This document shows, one piece after another, positions 16,209 to 31,175 of a stretch of DNA of 64,000 bases (position 1 is its first letter; each line of letters opens with the position of its first letter). Below the pieces are notes generated by a model. That model worked only from the letters and a program-made list of their open reading frames with translations, ran no database searches and was not told where the DNA came from. The position numbers and the translations under genes are program-made. Source of the stretch: the human T2T-CHM13v2.0 reference genome, Homo sapiens; assembly GCF_009914755.1 (NCBI RefSeq), contig NC_060940.1. One strand, written 5' to 3'.

Positions 16209-17707
16209 ATGTGTTGATTCCGATCACTGCCAGGTTGTCCAAAGACTGCATTTAAAAGTGCATTTATATTAAATACTGATTTGATAATATGTTACCAGAC
16301 TGACGCTAAAGTTAAAAGGCATCCATTTCTTCTACATGATGTTTTATCATATATCCATAGCCCTTTCTAGTTATTTTAGTATATGTGTGTTTTTATGGAG
16401 CTAGAGATTAAAACATTTTAAATATGCATGTCAGTTCTCATTTAGCAATATTACAACATTTAATTCTGCTATGTAGTCTTTGTAATTAGCTGTATATATC
16501 TTTATCTTCTTTAACAGCCACATATCATTTCCTTTCAGTAGACACATGTGAGAGTCATTATTTACTTAATCATCCCCTTATCTCTGGGACATATAAGTTG
16601 CTTCAATGTTCTGCCATAAAAAGCAATACTGTAATTGAGTATCTTTTGTGTAATAAGTTTTTTTCCCCATAATTTAAATTATGTCTTTAGGATAAAGTTC
16701 CAGAAAAGCAATTAGAATACAAACATTTTAATAGCTGTGTCAAGTTGTTATCCAAATGTGTAGAAGTCTTCGGTTTTCATACAAGCAAATACTGCTCTAT
16801 CAATCAGCCACAGGGTGAGTTCCTCAAAGGCAGGCACTGTATCTTACTTTTTAATTTTGTTTAACCATAGCATCTAGGCTAGACGCAACATTTAATGAAT
16901 ATTTTTGGACTGAATTAACACAAATTTTAAACATTTGAGACTTCAGGAAAAATATTTAGGCTAGATCTATTAAAACTTTTTTTTTTTCTTAATCAAGAGA
17001 TGTTGCATTTCCACGCAGATTTCATTGAGATGTGGAGCATGGGCCTGTACCAAGCACCAAGCTCCATGTTGCCCTTTCTGGATTTCATTTAACTCTCATG
17101 CCTCCCTCCCCATCCCCACCTCAACAGTTGGAATTCCACATGGCAACAGAATGAAATGCTCAAAAGGCAAATTGGATTCTGCCACAAACTTACCGTTTCA
17201 GAGGATCCCAGGAGACACCTGTTGGCCTGGCAAGCCCCCAACATTTGAAAAGAAACAGGAGGCCCTCTTTCCTGGGGAGAATACTATAGTGTTGAGGGGA
17301 AACTGCACTTAGATAGAGACAACATTTCCTCCCAATAACCAGAATCGTGAGAATTTTCCTGAGTTCAGTTCAGCCTTGAGTAATGGGTCAATTTAGCCCA
17401 ACTACGAGTCACAGTTAAATAACATTGAAGTAAGCAGGGCACAAATGACCTTCAGAAAATATCTCTATTGGTCAAAATCTAATCTGACTAATGCACCCTG
17501 CCACCCTGCAGCACATAATTCTGAGAACTCCAGAGAACCTTCCCCCACCCTTTTAAGGAATGTTCATCTACTTATTTCAAGAGCTGTCACCCTCACTTTT
17601 TCGACCCAGAAGATGTTTGCACAAGATCAGTGTGTGTGAATGGCCCAACCAGAATGTAGTTGCACCCCAGCGTCCAACAGCAACCTCTTAGCCACTAAAC
17701 TTGAGCC

Positions 17708-17727
17708 GCAGCGCCCTCTGGTGGTCA
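17708..17727 (-). promoter_or_regulatory. CTCF motif
   Basis: Minus strand reads TGACCACCAGAGGGCGCTGC; core CCACCAGAGGGCGC fits CCASYAGRKGGCRS exactly. Confidence 0.8.
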
Positions 17728-17814
17728 CTTGACAGTTTGAGTTCTCCAGGCCCCCTTTTTAACTGGGGAACATCTCGCCTAACCAGCACCTCTGTTTCTC
17801 ACCTTTTCGCGCAG

Positions 17815-17898
17815 GTGAAGGAGGCCATGCAGCGGATTCACGACCGAGGGAACATTGGCAAGTTAATTCTGGATGTAGAAAAGACCCCAACTCCACTG
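17815..17898 (+). CDS. VAT1L: Penultimate coding exon of VAT1L (VAT-1-like, MDR/quinone-oxidoreductase family); 84 nt, phase 0-0
   Basis: Pyrimidine tract plus gcag| acceptor (ag 17813-17814) and ctg|gtgagt donor (17899). Translates VKEAMQRIHDRGNIGKLILDVEKTPTPL, with the MDR-family C-terminal GKL/VIL strand; recognised as VAT1L. Confidence 0.95.
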
Positions 17899-18279
17899 GT
17901 GAGTGAAAAGCAGAGGAGTCTGTTCAGTTCCACGCGAGAGAGCACCACGGGTCAATCAGATGCAGACACGGGTGGGGTAGAAGGAAGTACAGGTAGCCTG
18001 TGGGCTAGTGGAGGAGACCAGGGGTAATCAAATGATGTCATACATGAGGGATTCATGACAAACTGAGATGAATGCTGAAAAGGAAAGGCCAGTGCTTCAG
18101 TGAGAGCATATCAAAAGCAATCTGAAGGCATAGGCAGGAAAGCATAGCAACAACAGACCTGTCTATTACAGCTGCTAGCTCTTGGGAGAAATTCCTGGAA
18201 AATTTCAATAATTTCACATTCATGTTCCTAACAGAATGATGCCAGCTGCTTCCGAGATGCTCCCTGATGGTTCCACAGA

Positions 18280-18950
<671 letters not shown>

Positions 18951-19237
18951 GTGATTTTTTTTTTCTTTCACCAGAATAAAACCCTTATATCCCAGGGATA
19001 CCACCAGGAGTATAGCATGTCAAACTCACATCCCACCTATTCTCCCTGGGGCCTCTCGAGGAGGAACTATGTAGTGGTGTGGTCAGTGCACAGACCATCC
19101 GACTGCATGGATTCAAAACCTTGAGCCCCTGTTTATGACCTGGGCAAGTTACATGACTACTCAGCTTTGATCCCCTGTCGGTAAAGTGGAGATTGATAAG
19201 TTCCCAGTTAGAATAGTATTCATAAAGCATTGTCTGA

Positions 19238-19546
<309 letters not shown>

Positions 19547-19689
19547 CCCCAGGTCATCTTTAACAGAAAAAATATTCGGGAAGTGTTTCTTGTTTCTTCA
19601 TTTACATACACATTGATTCTTGAAGCTGCATCAGTTCTTTAAAAAAAAAAAAAAGAACTAAAATTTCTTGCATATTGTCATGTAAAGTG

Positions 19690-19981
19690 TTTTTTTGTTT
19701 GTTTGTTTGAGATGGGGTCTCGCTCTGTCGCCCAGGCTGGAGTGCAGTGGTGCGATCTTGGCTCACTGCAAGCTCCACCTCCCAGGTTAATGCCACTCTA
19801 CCGCCTCAGCCTCCCAGGTGGCTGGGACTACAGGCACCTGCCACCATGCCTGGCTAATTTTTTTGTATTTTTAGTACAGACTGGGTTTCACCATGTTAGC
19901 CAGGATCTCCTGACCTTGTGATCCGCCCACCTCGGCCTCCCAAAATGCTGGGATTACAGGCATGAGCCACCGCACCCGGCC
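19690..19981 (-). mobile_element. AluY
   Basis: ctgcaagctcc and gttagccaggat diagnostics. Confidence 0.92.
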
Positions 19982-20536
19982 AGGAGTGTGTATTTTTAAA
20001 AGTATTTCCTTGACTTGTAACCATAATGTAATTTGGGTATGACAGTCATTTCATTCAATGAAGGACACCTTCAACATTGTAAAACACCCTCTTGTTAAGT
20101 GACTGATACAACATGGATATAACTTATTAAATACTTACTAAGTTCCAGGGCTGTTCAAAGCAGATGAGAGGGCAACGAGAGGGAGGGGAGGGAGTGACTT
20201 GGATCCTGAGTCTCCTGTACACCTCTTTGTAGTCTTTAAACATATGACCAAGTCTCTTTCAGTCCCATTTGGAGAAGGCAGACAGGCTCTAGGCCCATCC
20301 TGGAAGCTTATGGCTTTCAAGAAAATAGTTGGCACCAATTTCCCACCCTGGGATGCTCCTGTGTCCATCACACATGAGTTGCTCCCAAGTCCTCGGGCTG
20401 ATAGGAAGGCCTGTCTTACCAAGGGAGGATTCTTACTGGAGCAGATGCTGAAAAATCCACCTTTCAGGGTAAAGGCACAGGATCTGCCTGTGCCACACAC
20501 AATGTCATTGTCCTTGTTTCTGAACCTCCTGAAGCC

Positions 20537-20833
20537 TTCTTTTTTGAAATGCAGTCTCACTCTGTCACCCAGGCTTGAGGGCAATGGCACAATCTCGGCT
20601 CATTGCAACCTCTGCCTCCTGGGTTCAAGCGATCCTCCCACCTCAGTCTCCTGAGTAGCTGGAATTACAGGCACATGCCACCACACCCAGCTAATTTTTT
20701 TTTTATTATTTTTAGTAGAGACAGGGTTTCACCATGTTGGCCAGGCTGGTTTTGAACTCCTGACCCCAAGTGACCCACCTGCCTTGGCCTCCCAAAGAGC
20801 TGGGATTATAGACATGAGACACTGTACCGGGCC
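20537..20833 (-). mobile_element. Alu (AluS)
   Basis: Antisense dimer. Confidence 0.92.
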
Positions 20834-21040
20834 CCCTTGAAGGCTTTTATCCCTGGGACCTAAAGAAACAAAAAGACAGTAGAGAATGGGTATTCAGAGC
20901 AACCACGTGGTGGAAAAGAGGCTACGGCCTATCTAGATGGAAAAGCAGACTTGAAGGAAAGGGAGCATGTCTTGAGGTTAAACAGAAGACATGGAGATGC
21001 AGGAGGGATCCAGTGAGGTCATTTTAGGGTTAGCACCTGA

Positions 21041-21485
<445 letters not shown>

Positions 21486-22069
21486 ATGACCACTCTCAGC
21501 CCTCACTCAGCCCCGAATCTGCCCAGCCAGCATGCTGCAGGACACACACTGCTCCTCTAGAATAGTCTGGGCTCTAAGGCGTGTGGGCAGCACCCAGGCA
21601 GGGGAAGTCGACTGCTACTGGCAGCTCCAGAAGTAAATTTCCTGGGAAACACTAAGAGTGGAGTCTCTCCTGCTGAAAGCCTCCTCTTAATGAGGCTGGA
21701 CCAAAGCAAAGTCGAAACTCATCCTATGATGTGTCATGAGGTCAGAGCAGAGGCAGAACTGCTGCCTCCAGACCCCACAGTACCAGCGGGCAGCCCTGCC
21801 CCAGTCCTGGCCATCTGACCAGTGCCCCAGAGAATAGAGGTGGCCTTTCCTGAAGGCTACTGACCTCTGCTGCCCTTATGGATTCTGTGTTCACATCACC
21901 TCAGGGTCTCCCTTTCCACTGCTGTAGAACAGAACTAACAACAATAATTACTACTATTGCTGCTACTTCAAAGAGCCATAGAGAAGATTAAAAGAACCAA
22001 TGTCTGCGAGCCAATTGGCATATTGGTGACTATGTATTATAATATACACTACTAAGGAACAGCTTAGCT

Positions 22070-22460
22070 GGTTAGTTCTTCATTATCCTAAAACACTTGT
22101 TGCATATGTACCTAGTGGTAGGGAAGAAAACTGCAGAGACATGGTCCTCTCCCATGGTGTCTACCGTTTGGCAGGGGCAGATGGACATTGGCCAATGAGC
22201 CATTCATATAAATGGGACATTGCAGCTCTTGATCAGTGCTACAAAGAAGAGGTATTTGGGCCATGAAAGCTCATAATAGGGAGATTGTTCCAGTTAGGGA
22301 ATTCTGCAAAGGCTTCCTTGAGGAAGCAGGATGAGCCCTAAAGGAAACATAGGTATGGACTGGATGAACTGGGCAGAGGGGGTAGAGGAATGACATTCCA
22401 GGGAGAAGGCACTGCACATGGTGTGGCCAAGGGGGAGAACCCAGCTTCAGGTGAGACAAC
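22070..22460 (-). mobile_element. L2 fragment
   Basis: atggtcctctcccatgg...aaggcttccttgaggaag...cattccagggagaagg. Confidence 0.6.
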
Positions 22461-22899
22461 ATGGGGAGAGCTGAGATTCAGGGGCCAAATTCCTGTTTGT
22501 CAGAATAAGCCATGAAGCAGCCAGGGACTCAAGTGTGGGAGATCTGGGGCCCAATCTAGATCAGGGGATAAGAACAGAAAAGAAATCTGAGGCACAGATC
22601 ATGTAGGGGATGTTAATGGACAGAACTAGTTTGTTCTGAGTCTCTGTCATATGCTCAGCCCTTTGCTAGACTCTTTAGATACATTACTCCATTTTCTTTC
22701 ACCTGGTTCTTAAAACAAATTTATAAGGTAGGTGGATTTATCGCCACTGTAATGATGGCGGAAATGAAGACCCAGAGGGGTAATCATAACTATGCCAGGT
22801 ACCAGTGATTAACAAAAGAAAAGGAGTCAGGCAAAATCCCTGTCTTCCCAGAAACTATATTCCAGTTGGGGGAAGAGAGACCAAAAAGCAGATCAATAC

Positions 22900-23430
22900 A
22901 CCTTTGTTCTGGTTGTTGTGTCTGCTCTTCTTAAGTGACAGCATCAAGACTTCAACCCTGGGGACTCTGTGCAGCTGATGCTCTCAATACCCCTCACACC
23001 TCCCCTTGGCATTCGGGTCCCCTGCGCTCCAGGGGCACCTCTTGTGGGCACCTGCCCCTCTCTGCCTGAGAGCTAACTCTTGTCACCAGAGCATGCTTGA
23101 GTTTTGCACAGAAACTGCGTGGGGTGCAGGGAGATAACTCACCTCCCCTGAGAGCAGCCCTTAGCCATAACATGGCTTCCTCCTCCCTCAGAAGAGACAG
23201 CTCTAAGATGTGTCCCCCAGGGTCTCTCAGAGGTCCCCAGCAGGACTGAGTCCCACTGCCCACACAGGAACCAACTTACTAACATACCCTGCATTGGATT
23301 CTTCCCCTTTTTGGTCTCATTTCTTCACTCCCCTGCTACTGCTTCCTGGGATCATCTCCTAAATTCCAGATACTGGTATTCAAATCCTTATCTCAGCACC
23401 GTCTCTCAGGGTGCCCAACATATGACAGCT
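22900..23430 (+). mobile_element. ERVL LTR (LTR16-like)
   Basis: cttcctgggatcatctcctaaat...caaatccttatctcag...tgaca end. Confidence 0.55.
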
Positions 23431-23570
23431 AATCCTGCATTGCCTTCCAGGGAAACAAGCAACCCTAGTTCCTAGCCCCCAAGAAGTCCTCCCATAGGAC
23501 TCTGTCAGATGCTCAGAGATGACGAGGCTGGGTTGCACAACCCTCAATAACATCCTCTTTTGAATTACAG

Positions 23571-23669
23571 ATGGCCAATGACAGCACAGAGACCAGTGAA
23601 GCAGGGGAAGAGGAGGAGGACCACGAGGGAGACAGCGAGAACAAGGAGCGGATGCCCTTTATCCAGTAA
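23571..23669 (+). CDS. VAT1L: Terminal coding exon of VAT1L (acidic C-terminal tail + TAA)
   Basis: cctcttttgaattacag| acceptor; joins the previous exon in frame; MANDSTETSEAGEEEEDHEGDSENKERMPFIQ then TAA at 23667-23669. Confidence 0.95.
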   Translation: MANDSTETSEAGEEEEDHEGDSENKERMPFIQ

Positions 23670-26075
23670 CTGAGGACCCAGGTGGGAGAATGTGAAGGAT
23701 GGTTTGGAAGATGAGGACCCGGCTGAGAAAACTCTTCTGTGCCCCAGTGAACAAATGCTGTAGTCCAGTGCGTGTCGTGTTTGTCTGCAGTCAGCTGAGC
23801 TAAAAAGCTGTTGATCACTGTTGTTTTTTGAAGTGCCAATCCCATGCCATGCAGTATTATGTCCCTCTCCTATCTGTGTATTACACATTCCCCTCTCCCC
23901 TGTATCAAAACCATCCATCTGTGGGTTCTTCTTGACAGTTCTAGAACAGCCTTGCAAATTAATACAAGTCCCAGGCCCAATGCCTAAGAGACCAGACGTG
24001 GGCAAAGACAAGTTTGGATGGAAAGGTGTTATCACAGAGCCCTGTCCAGCTCCTAGAATTCCTCAGGCCAGTGACACTTTTTTGCTGCTGGCCACCCATG
24101 CCTCTGATGAGAACACTTGCCAATTTGGCCAGCAGAAAGAGAGTAGGCCGGATGTTTTCATGAGCCCACAAATTTAGAAACTCTCCTAGTAGTACTTTTT
24201 CTCTCTCCATTTAAGAGACAACTACGGTCAAAAGTTTGAGCCATTCTCTTCTACCCCTTCAGTGTCTGACCCTTTCACTGGCTCTTATCTGTAAACACAG
24301 GGAGGCAGGTATGGATTTTTCACAGTAGACAATGGGTCAACAGCATGAGTTTGAGGACCTGCTGTGAAGATTTCTCCTCCAAAATACATCTCATGGGCAG
24401 GATTCTTCCTGCTCCATATCTGTTTCAATTTTAAGAAAGCACCACATACAAGACACATTCAGAAGTCATTCCTGAGCATTGCTGGTGTTTGCACACTTGC
24501 CACCTGCATTACCAATTCTGTAAATTTCAATTCCTGGTGGAAAGTGACCACTTTGACCATGGATTTCCCAAAGAAGAGTTCCTTTGCAGACCATAGGTGG
24601 AAAAGTCAATGAGCATCTCCTTCCTTGCCAAAGCATGTCCCAACATGTAACAAACTCTAGGGATACAAAAGGTTTATATTCAGCATCTGATGTCAGATGT
24701 ACAGTTCCTCCCCTCCCATATATAAACCCCGGTGTAGAATCTGCAGCGCCCTGCTCTTCGGAAACCAAGGAACAAGCCACCTGCTCACACACCTTGTTCA
24801 ACTTTTCAGCTCCTAAGGAACCCCACCCCCATGCAATTTGACTGTGCTTGAGAGGTGAATACAGTTACCTTCGAGAAACAGAGGGAGCTCCTCACCCCGT
24901 CCTTCCAGTCCTTTTGGCTAAAATGCTTAACTATCACTCACAAACAAATGTGGAGATACCAGGAGCTCATTTGATTCATACCCCAACTTTGTGTTCTGAA
25001 AAACATCAGAGGGATTTTACATTGCCCAGTTTCTCCACCAACAAGCCTTAGGGTGGACCCAACCCTTTCCGCAAGTGGTAGGAACGAATGCATCTTAGCA
25101 ATTACCTGATTTCCAAAGTCCTTTTGTAGCAAATGTCACCTCATTCGTGGTCTTTTTACCTATCCTAAGCTTATGATGATGAGTTATGTATGCCAAATAT
25201 TTATCTGAAGAGTTTCTCCTCATTGTGAATGTGTATGTAAAATATGAAGACAAGAAAGGGTGCTTTCATCTGAGGAACCAAGGGGTGAGAGTATCCCAAA
25301 GGAGGACACCAGCATCATCTTTTCTTCGTACTCCAGGACCCACCAATATTCCAGTTCTGGGTCATTTAGAGAGATAATGGGGCGTTTATTCCCCTATTAC
25401 CTTTGCTAAGTGCTATATTATTGGCTGTTTCTCCCGTAACCATGCTGAAAAGGGGGTCTTAGGGAGAACTGTCATCCAAGTGGCATTCCTAGTAAGTTGG
25501 GTAGAAATGACATTTTCCAGAGCTGAAGGAGTGAAGAGCCCTTGGCCATACTAGGGCTCTCCTTCCCCCGGGGAGTGGGAACTCAGCCACATTCAGAATT
25601 CACATCGCCTTTGTTATGTCCAGAGGAGAGGCATAAAAAGGCACTCTCCCCCACCACCCCTACCGAATCTGGGTTTGGTTTGGTTTTATTTAACTAGCAA
25701 AGTTAATCCAGTAATCGCAAATTACTCCAGATGGTTAAAGAAAACCCTTTCAGAATACAGAACGAGAAAACTAGAGTTTGACCAATAAGACCAATTTCTG
25801 CCATGAAGAACCGGGGGACGCAAGTTAATTGTTTAACGTACTCTCATTTTAAGCACCTTCTTTCCTGTCTCTTGATTGTTTTTTCTGAAGGAAGTGTAAA
25901 GAATGTCTCAGTCTGCCTTAAAGGAACTGTGAAGGCTTCTCTGTAATTTAAGCTTGATTGAAGTGAACTGAAACATTGTCTAATGTCTTTGTGGCTTTAG
26001 AGCTTTTGTTATATTGTGCCTATAAAGCAAATTATGTTTACATAAAAATATAAATAAAGTATTCAGCATAGCAAA
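23670..26075 (+). other. VAT1L: VAT1L 3' UTR (~2.4 kb)
   Basis: Follows the stop codon; no recognisable interspersed repeat; ends shortly after AATAAA. Cleavage site is approximate. Confidence 0.8.
26053..26058 (+). terminator. Polyadenylation signal AATAAA of VAT1L
   Basis: Canonical hexamer in a U/A-rich context, upstream TGTA elements (~25896, ~25943) and CA dinucleotides downstream. Confidence 0.8.
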
Positions 26076-26333
26076 ACCTCACCTGGCATCTGCTATTCCA
26101 CATAATTCATTGCTGGATAAGCAGTCGCACTATTAAATATGCAATGAATGGGGAACTGAAACAAGAAAAGTTAAAAACCTAATGGGAGCATCTCCAGATA
26201 AGAAACTAAAGACCACATGGAGAAAATAGGGGTTAAGAGGAGAAAAGCCTTTAAAATCACTTTCAGGTTCCCTCAAACCAGAAAGTAAAACCATTAGGTT
26301 AAAAAAATATATATATATTGAAAACATCCTATG

Positions 26334-26639
26334 GGCCGGGCGCGGTGGCTCACACCTGTAGTCTCAGCACTTTGGGAAGCCGACCCTGTAGATCACTTGA
26401 GGTCAGGAGTTTGAGAAAACCTGGCCAACATGGTGAAACCTCATCTCTACTAAAAATACAAAAAGTAGCTGGGTATGGTGGTATATGCCTGTAATCCCAG
26501 CTATTCAGGAGGCTGAGGCAGAAGAATCACTTGAACCCGAAAGGCAGAGGTTGCAGTGAGTCGTGATCACACCATTGCACTCCAGCCTGGGTGACAGAAC
26601 GAGACTCGGTCTCAGAAACAAAACAAAACCAAAAAAAAA
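26334..26639 (+). mobile_element. Alu (AluSx-like)
   Basis: Full dimer. Confidence 0.93.
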
Positions 26640-26696
26640 CTATCATATGTTCATGATGACAGTGATGATACAGATAACGATAATAGAATAACAATA

Positions 26697-27063
<367 letters not shown>

Positions 27064-27753
27064 CTAAAAACTGTCCACATATTAACTCACATGCCTTCCC
27101 CACAGCCCTAAGAGGTAAGGTCTATCATTATGTCCACATACAGGTGACAAGATTGAAACACAGGGAGCCTGCGCCCTTTCCTAAGATCACACGCTACTAA
27201 GTGAAAGCTACAACTCACCAATTTCCAGCCATACTTTTGCCGCCAGAATTCATGCTCTTAACCACCTGATCATGCTACCTTGAACCTTAAATAAGGGTAA
27301 AATATAACGCATTTCAAATTACTGATCCCTTGTTCACTCGAAACCCGTTAGGGATTTGGTTTTCTCTGATTTCAAGGATATGCTTGTAAATTTGTCTTGC
27401 TTGGTAGCAAATAATATGCGTGTCCAGAAGCATATTTATTTTTCTTACCTTCCATACAAGTGTTTGGTGACATACTGATTTTGAAACTCACATGTCTCAT
27501 CAACAGCCTTCGTTTTCATGATCTTAAATCCTCAAGGTTATCAAAGAGATACTAAGAAGTAAATATCCACCAGCTAGGGTTTCACAAAAGAGGAATTCAT
27601 GGCTGGGGAGGGTGTATTGTGCTTTACCATCTTTCTCAGCAGGAAGCCAACGGAACAGGCCTATGTCAGTAAAATATCACATATATAAACCAGAATTGAC
27701 AAAGCAGAAAGTCATGCTGTTGGTGAATTTCTTAGGAAGTCACACACTACTAA

Positions 27754-28899
<1,146 letters not shown>

Positions 28900-29212
28900 T
28901 AGGAAACATTTGTGTATGAGCAAGGAGGAAAGAAATTTGAGGAGCAGAGAATAGAACAGTGTAGCTGAAATACAAGATGGTGGGAAGGGAGTAGAGTGGA
29001 AGACAGGCACTATGGGAAGTCAGCACCAGGTCTGGGGGCCGCTGAATGCCAAGCTGGGAATCTTAAATGTTAAGGAACAAGGTCATACAATGAATGGTGT
29101 GATGTAAACGCTTGGGAGGCGATTTCTGAGGGTAGGTGCTGGGTTTAATGGGAGGAGAAATAAGAAGAGCCCATAGGTGGCCAGGAGCCAGATGGTCAAA
29201 TGCCTTGACTCC

Positions 29213-29600
29213 TCTTGCCTTAGTTTGGGTCTTCCAGAATCAGACACTGAAACAAGCATTTGAATGTAAGTCGTGTTGGGGAGGTGACCCCAAGAAGCAC
29301 AGAGGGCAGGAGGTAGGGGAAGTAGGACAGAAGAGGAAAGAAGCCCATTCAGGCTATGTTGGTGAGCAGGCACCACTACAAGAGTCTGTAGGCATGATCA
29401 GAATGGTCCCATTGAAGGGTAAGGAGGCAGTCATGATTACCCATAAATTCCCATGCACTGTTGGTTGGGGACTACTCTTAACAAGGGTGTTAATTCCATT
29501 CCCATCTTGCTGCCTGTATGAACCAAGCACATTGCTGTCGCCGGACACTGGTCGCGGAAAGCCACAAGAAGCGCTTGGTCTGTATGGGAACTGCTAGGAG
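29213..29600 (-). mobile_element. Old ERVL LTR (LTR16/LTR33-like)
   Basis: ccttagtttgggtcttccagaatcagacactgaaacaag...gggaggtgacccca. Confidence 0.5.
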
Positions 29601-30054
29601 ATATGGAAGCAGTGCCCACAGCTCCTATTGTAACTTGTCTCAAGAGCTTACTTTATATTCTGAAGTTAATGGGGGAAGCTTTTGAGGCTTTCCACAAACT
29701 GTATTTCAGTCTTAGTAACCACTCTAGCTATATCCCATTACCTCACACCACCCCTTCTTTTTTTACATTTGTTCTGTCAACTGTTCTCTTCACTTGGAGA
29801 ATAGAGTTTCTGCTCAGAGGAGATAGCCAAATTGCCTTGCCATCTCATCAGGATGTGTTACTTCATTAGGATCTTCCTTTCAAATTGTAGGTCTCTTCTT
29901 CATTGGGACCAGAAAAATCTGGGCTCTCTGTTACACAATTCCATGTGTTTCCTCAACACATTTTAAATGAGCATTTACTAAATGCAAGACCTTATTCCAG
30001 GTCATAGAAATAGAAAGCAAACAAGACAGATTCTGCCTCAAGAAATTCAGTCTA

Positions 30055-30515
30055 GAGCTGTGCTATCCAATAGAAATATAATGTGAGTCACAAAGTTAAA
30101 TTTTCTAGTCGTCACATTAGATGAGTAAGGAGAAACACGTGATTTTAATATAATTTAGCCCAATGTTTACAGAATGTTATTTCAACATGTAATCAACAGA
30201 AAGATTGAGATAGTTTATGTTCATTTTTCATACTAACACTCCAAAATCTGGTGTGTATTTCATTTATTTTAAAGACAGGTTCTCGCTCTGTTGCCCAGGC
30301 TGGAATGCAGTGGCATGATCCTAACTCATTGGAGCCTCAAACTCCTGGGCTCAAGTGATGCCTTAGCCTCCCAAAGTGCTGAGATTACAGGGGTAAGCCA
30401 CCACACCTGGCCCTTGTATATATTTTATACTTACAGCACATCTCAACTTTGACTAGACACACTTTAAACGTTCAGTAGCACCTGTGACCAATGGCTACCA
30501 TTTTGGACAGGCAGG
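30055..30515 (+). mobile_element. MER33 interrupted by an antisense Alu monomer (FLAM-like, ~30263-30412)
   Basis: tccaatagaaatataatgtgag...ggtgtgtattt[Alu]tattttatacttacagcacatctcaa. Confidence 0.8.
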
Positions 30516-30740
30516 TGTAGAAGAAGGGCAGGAATGGACTGTAAGATATAAATGTAGCTTTAAAGATGCAATGGGAGAGGGCATAATGAAGATGCAAAGT
30601 AGGGAGGGAATGGCAAGGAAACCAGACACAGAGGGGGCAATGCTTGAGTGAAGTAATGAAAGATGAGCACATGTCAACCGTGAGAATAAGGTACTTAAAG
30701 CACACAGGATAGGGCCTGGCACACAGCAAGCACTCAGTAA

Positions 30741-31175
<435 letters not shown>

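Noticed and set aside
17701-18027. 108 aa ORF as a stand-alone gene
   Set aside because: Only the 28 codons between the splice sites are VAT1L-like; the start is TTG and the flanks are intronic.
23667-23675. Stop-codon readthrough at VAT1L
   Set aside because: The stop is TAA-CTG, not the leaky TGA-CTAG context.
23513-24210. Overlapping 83-156 aa ORFs around the last exon
   Set aside because: Antisense or UTR shadow ORFs with no recognisable homology.
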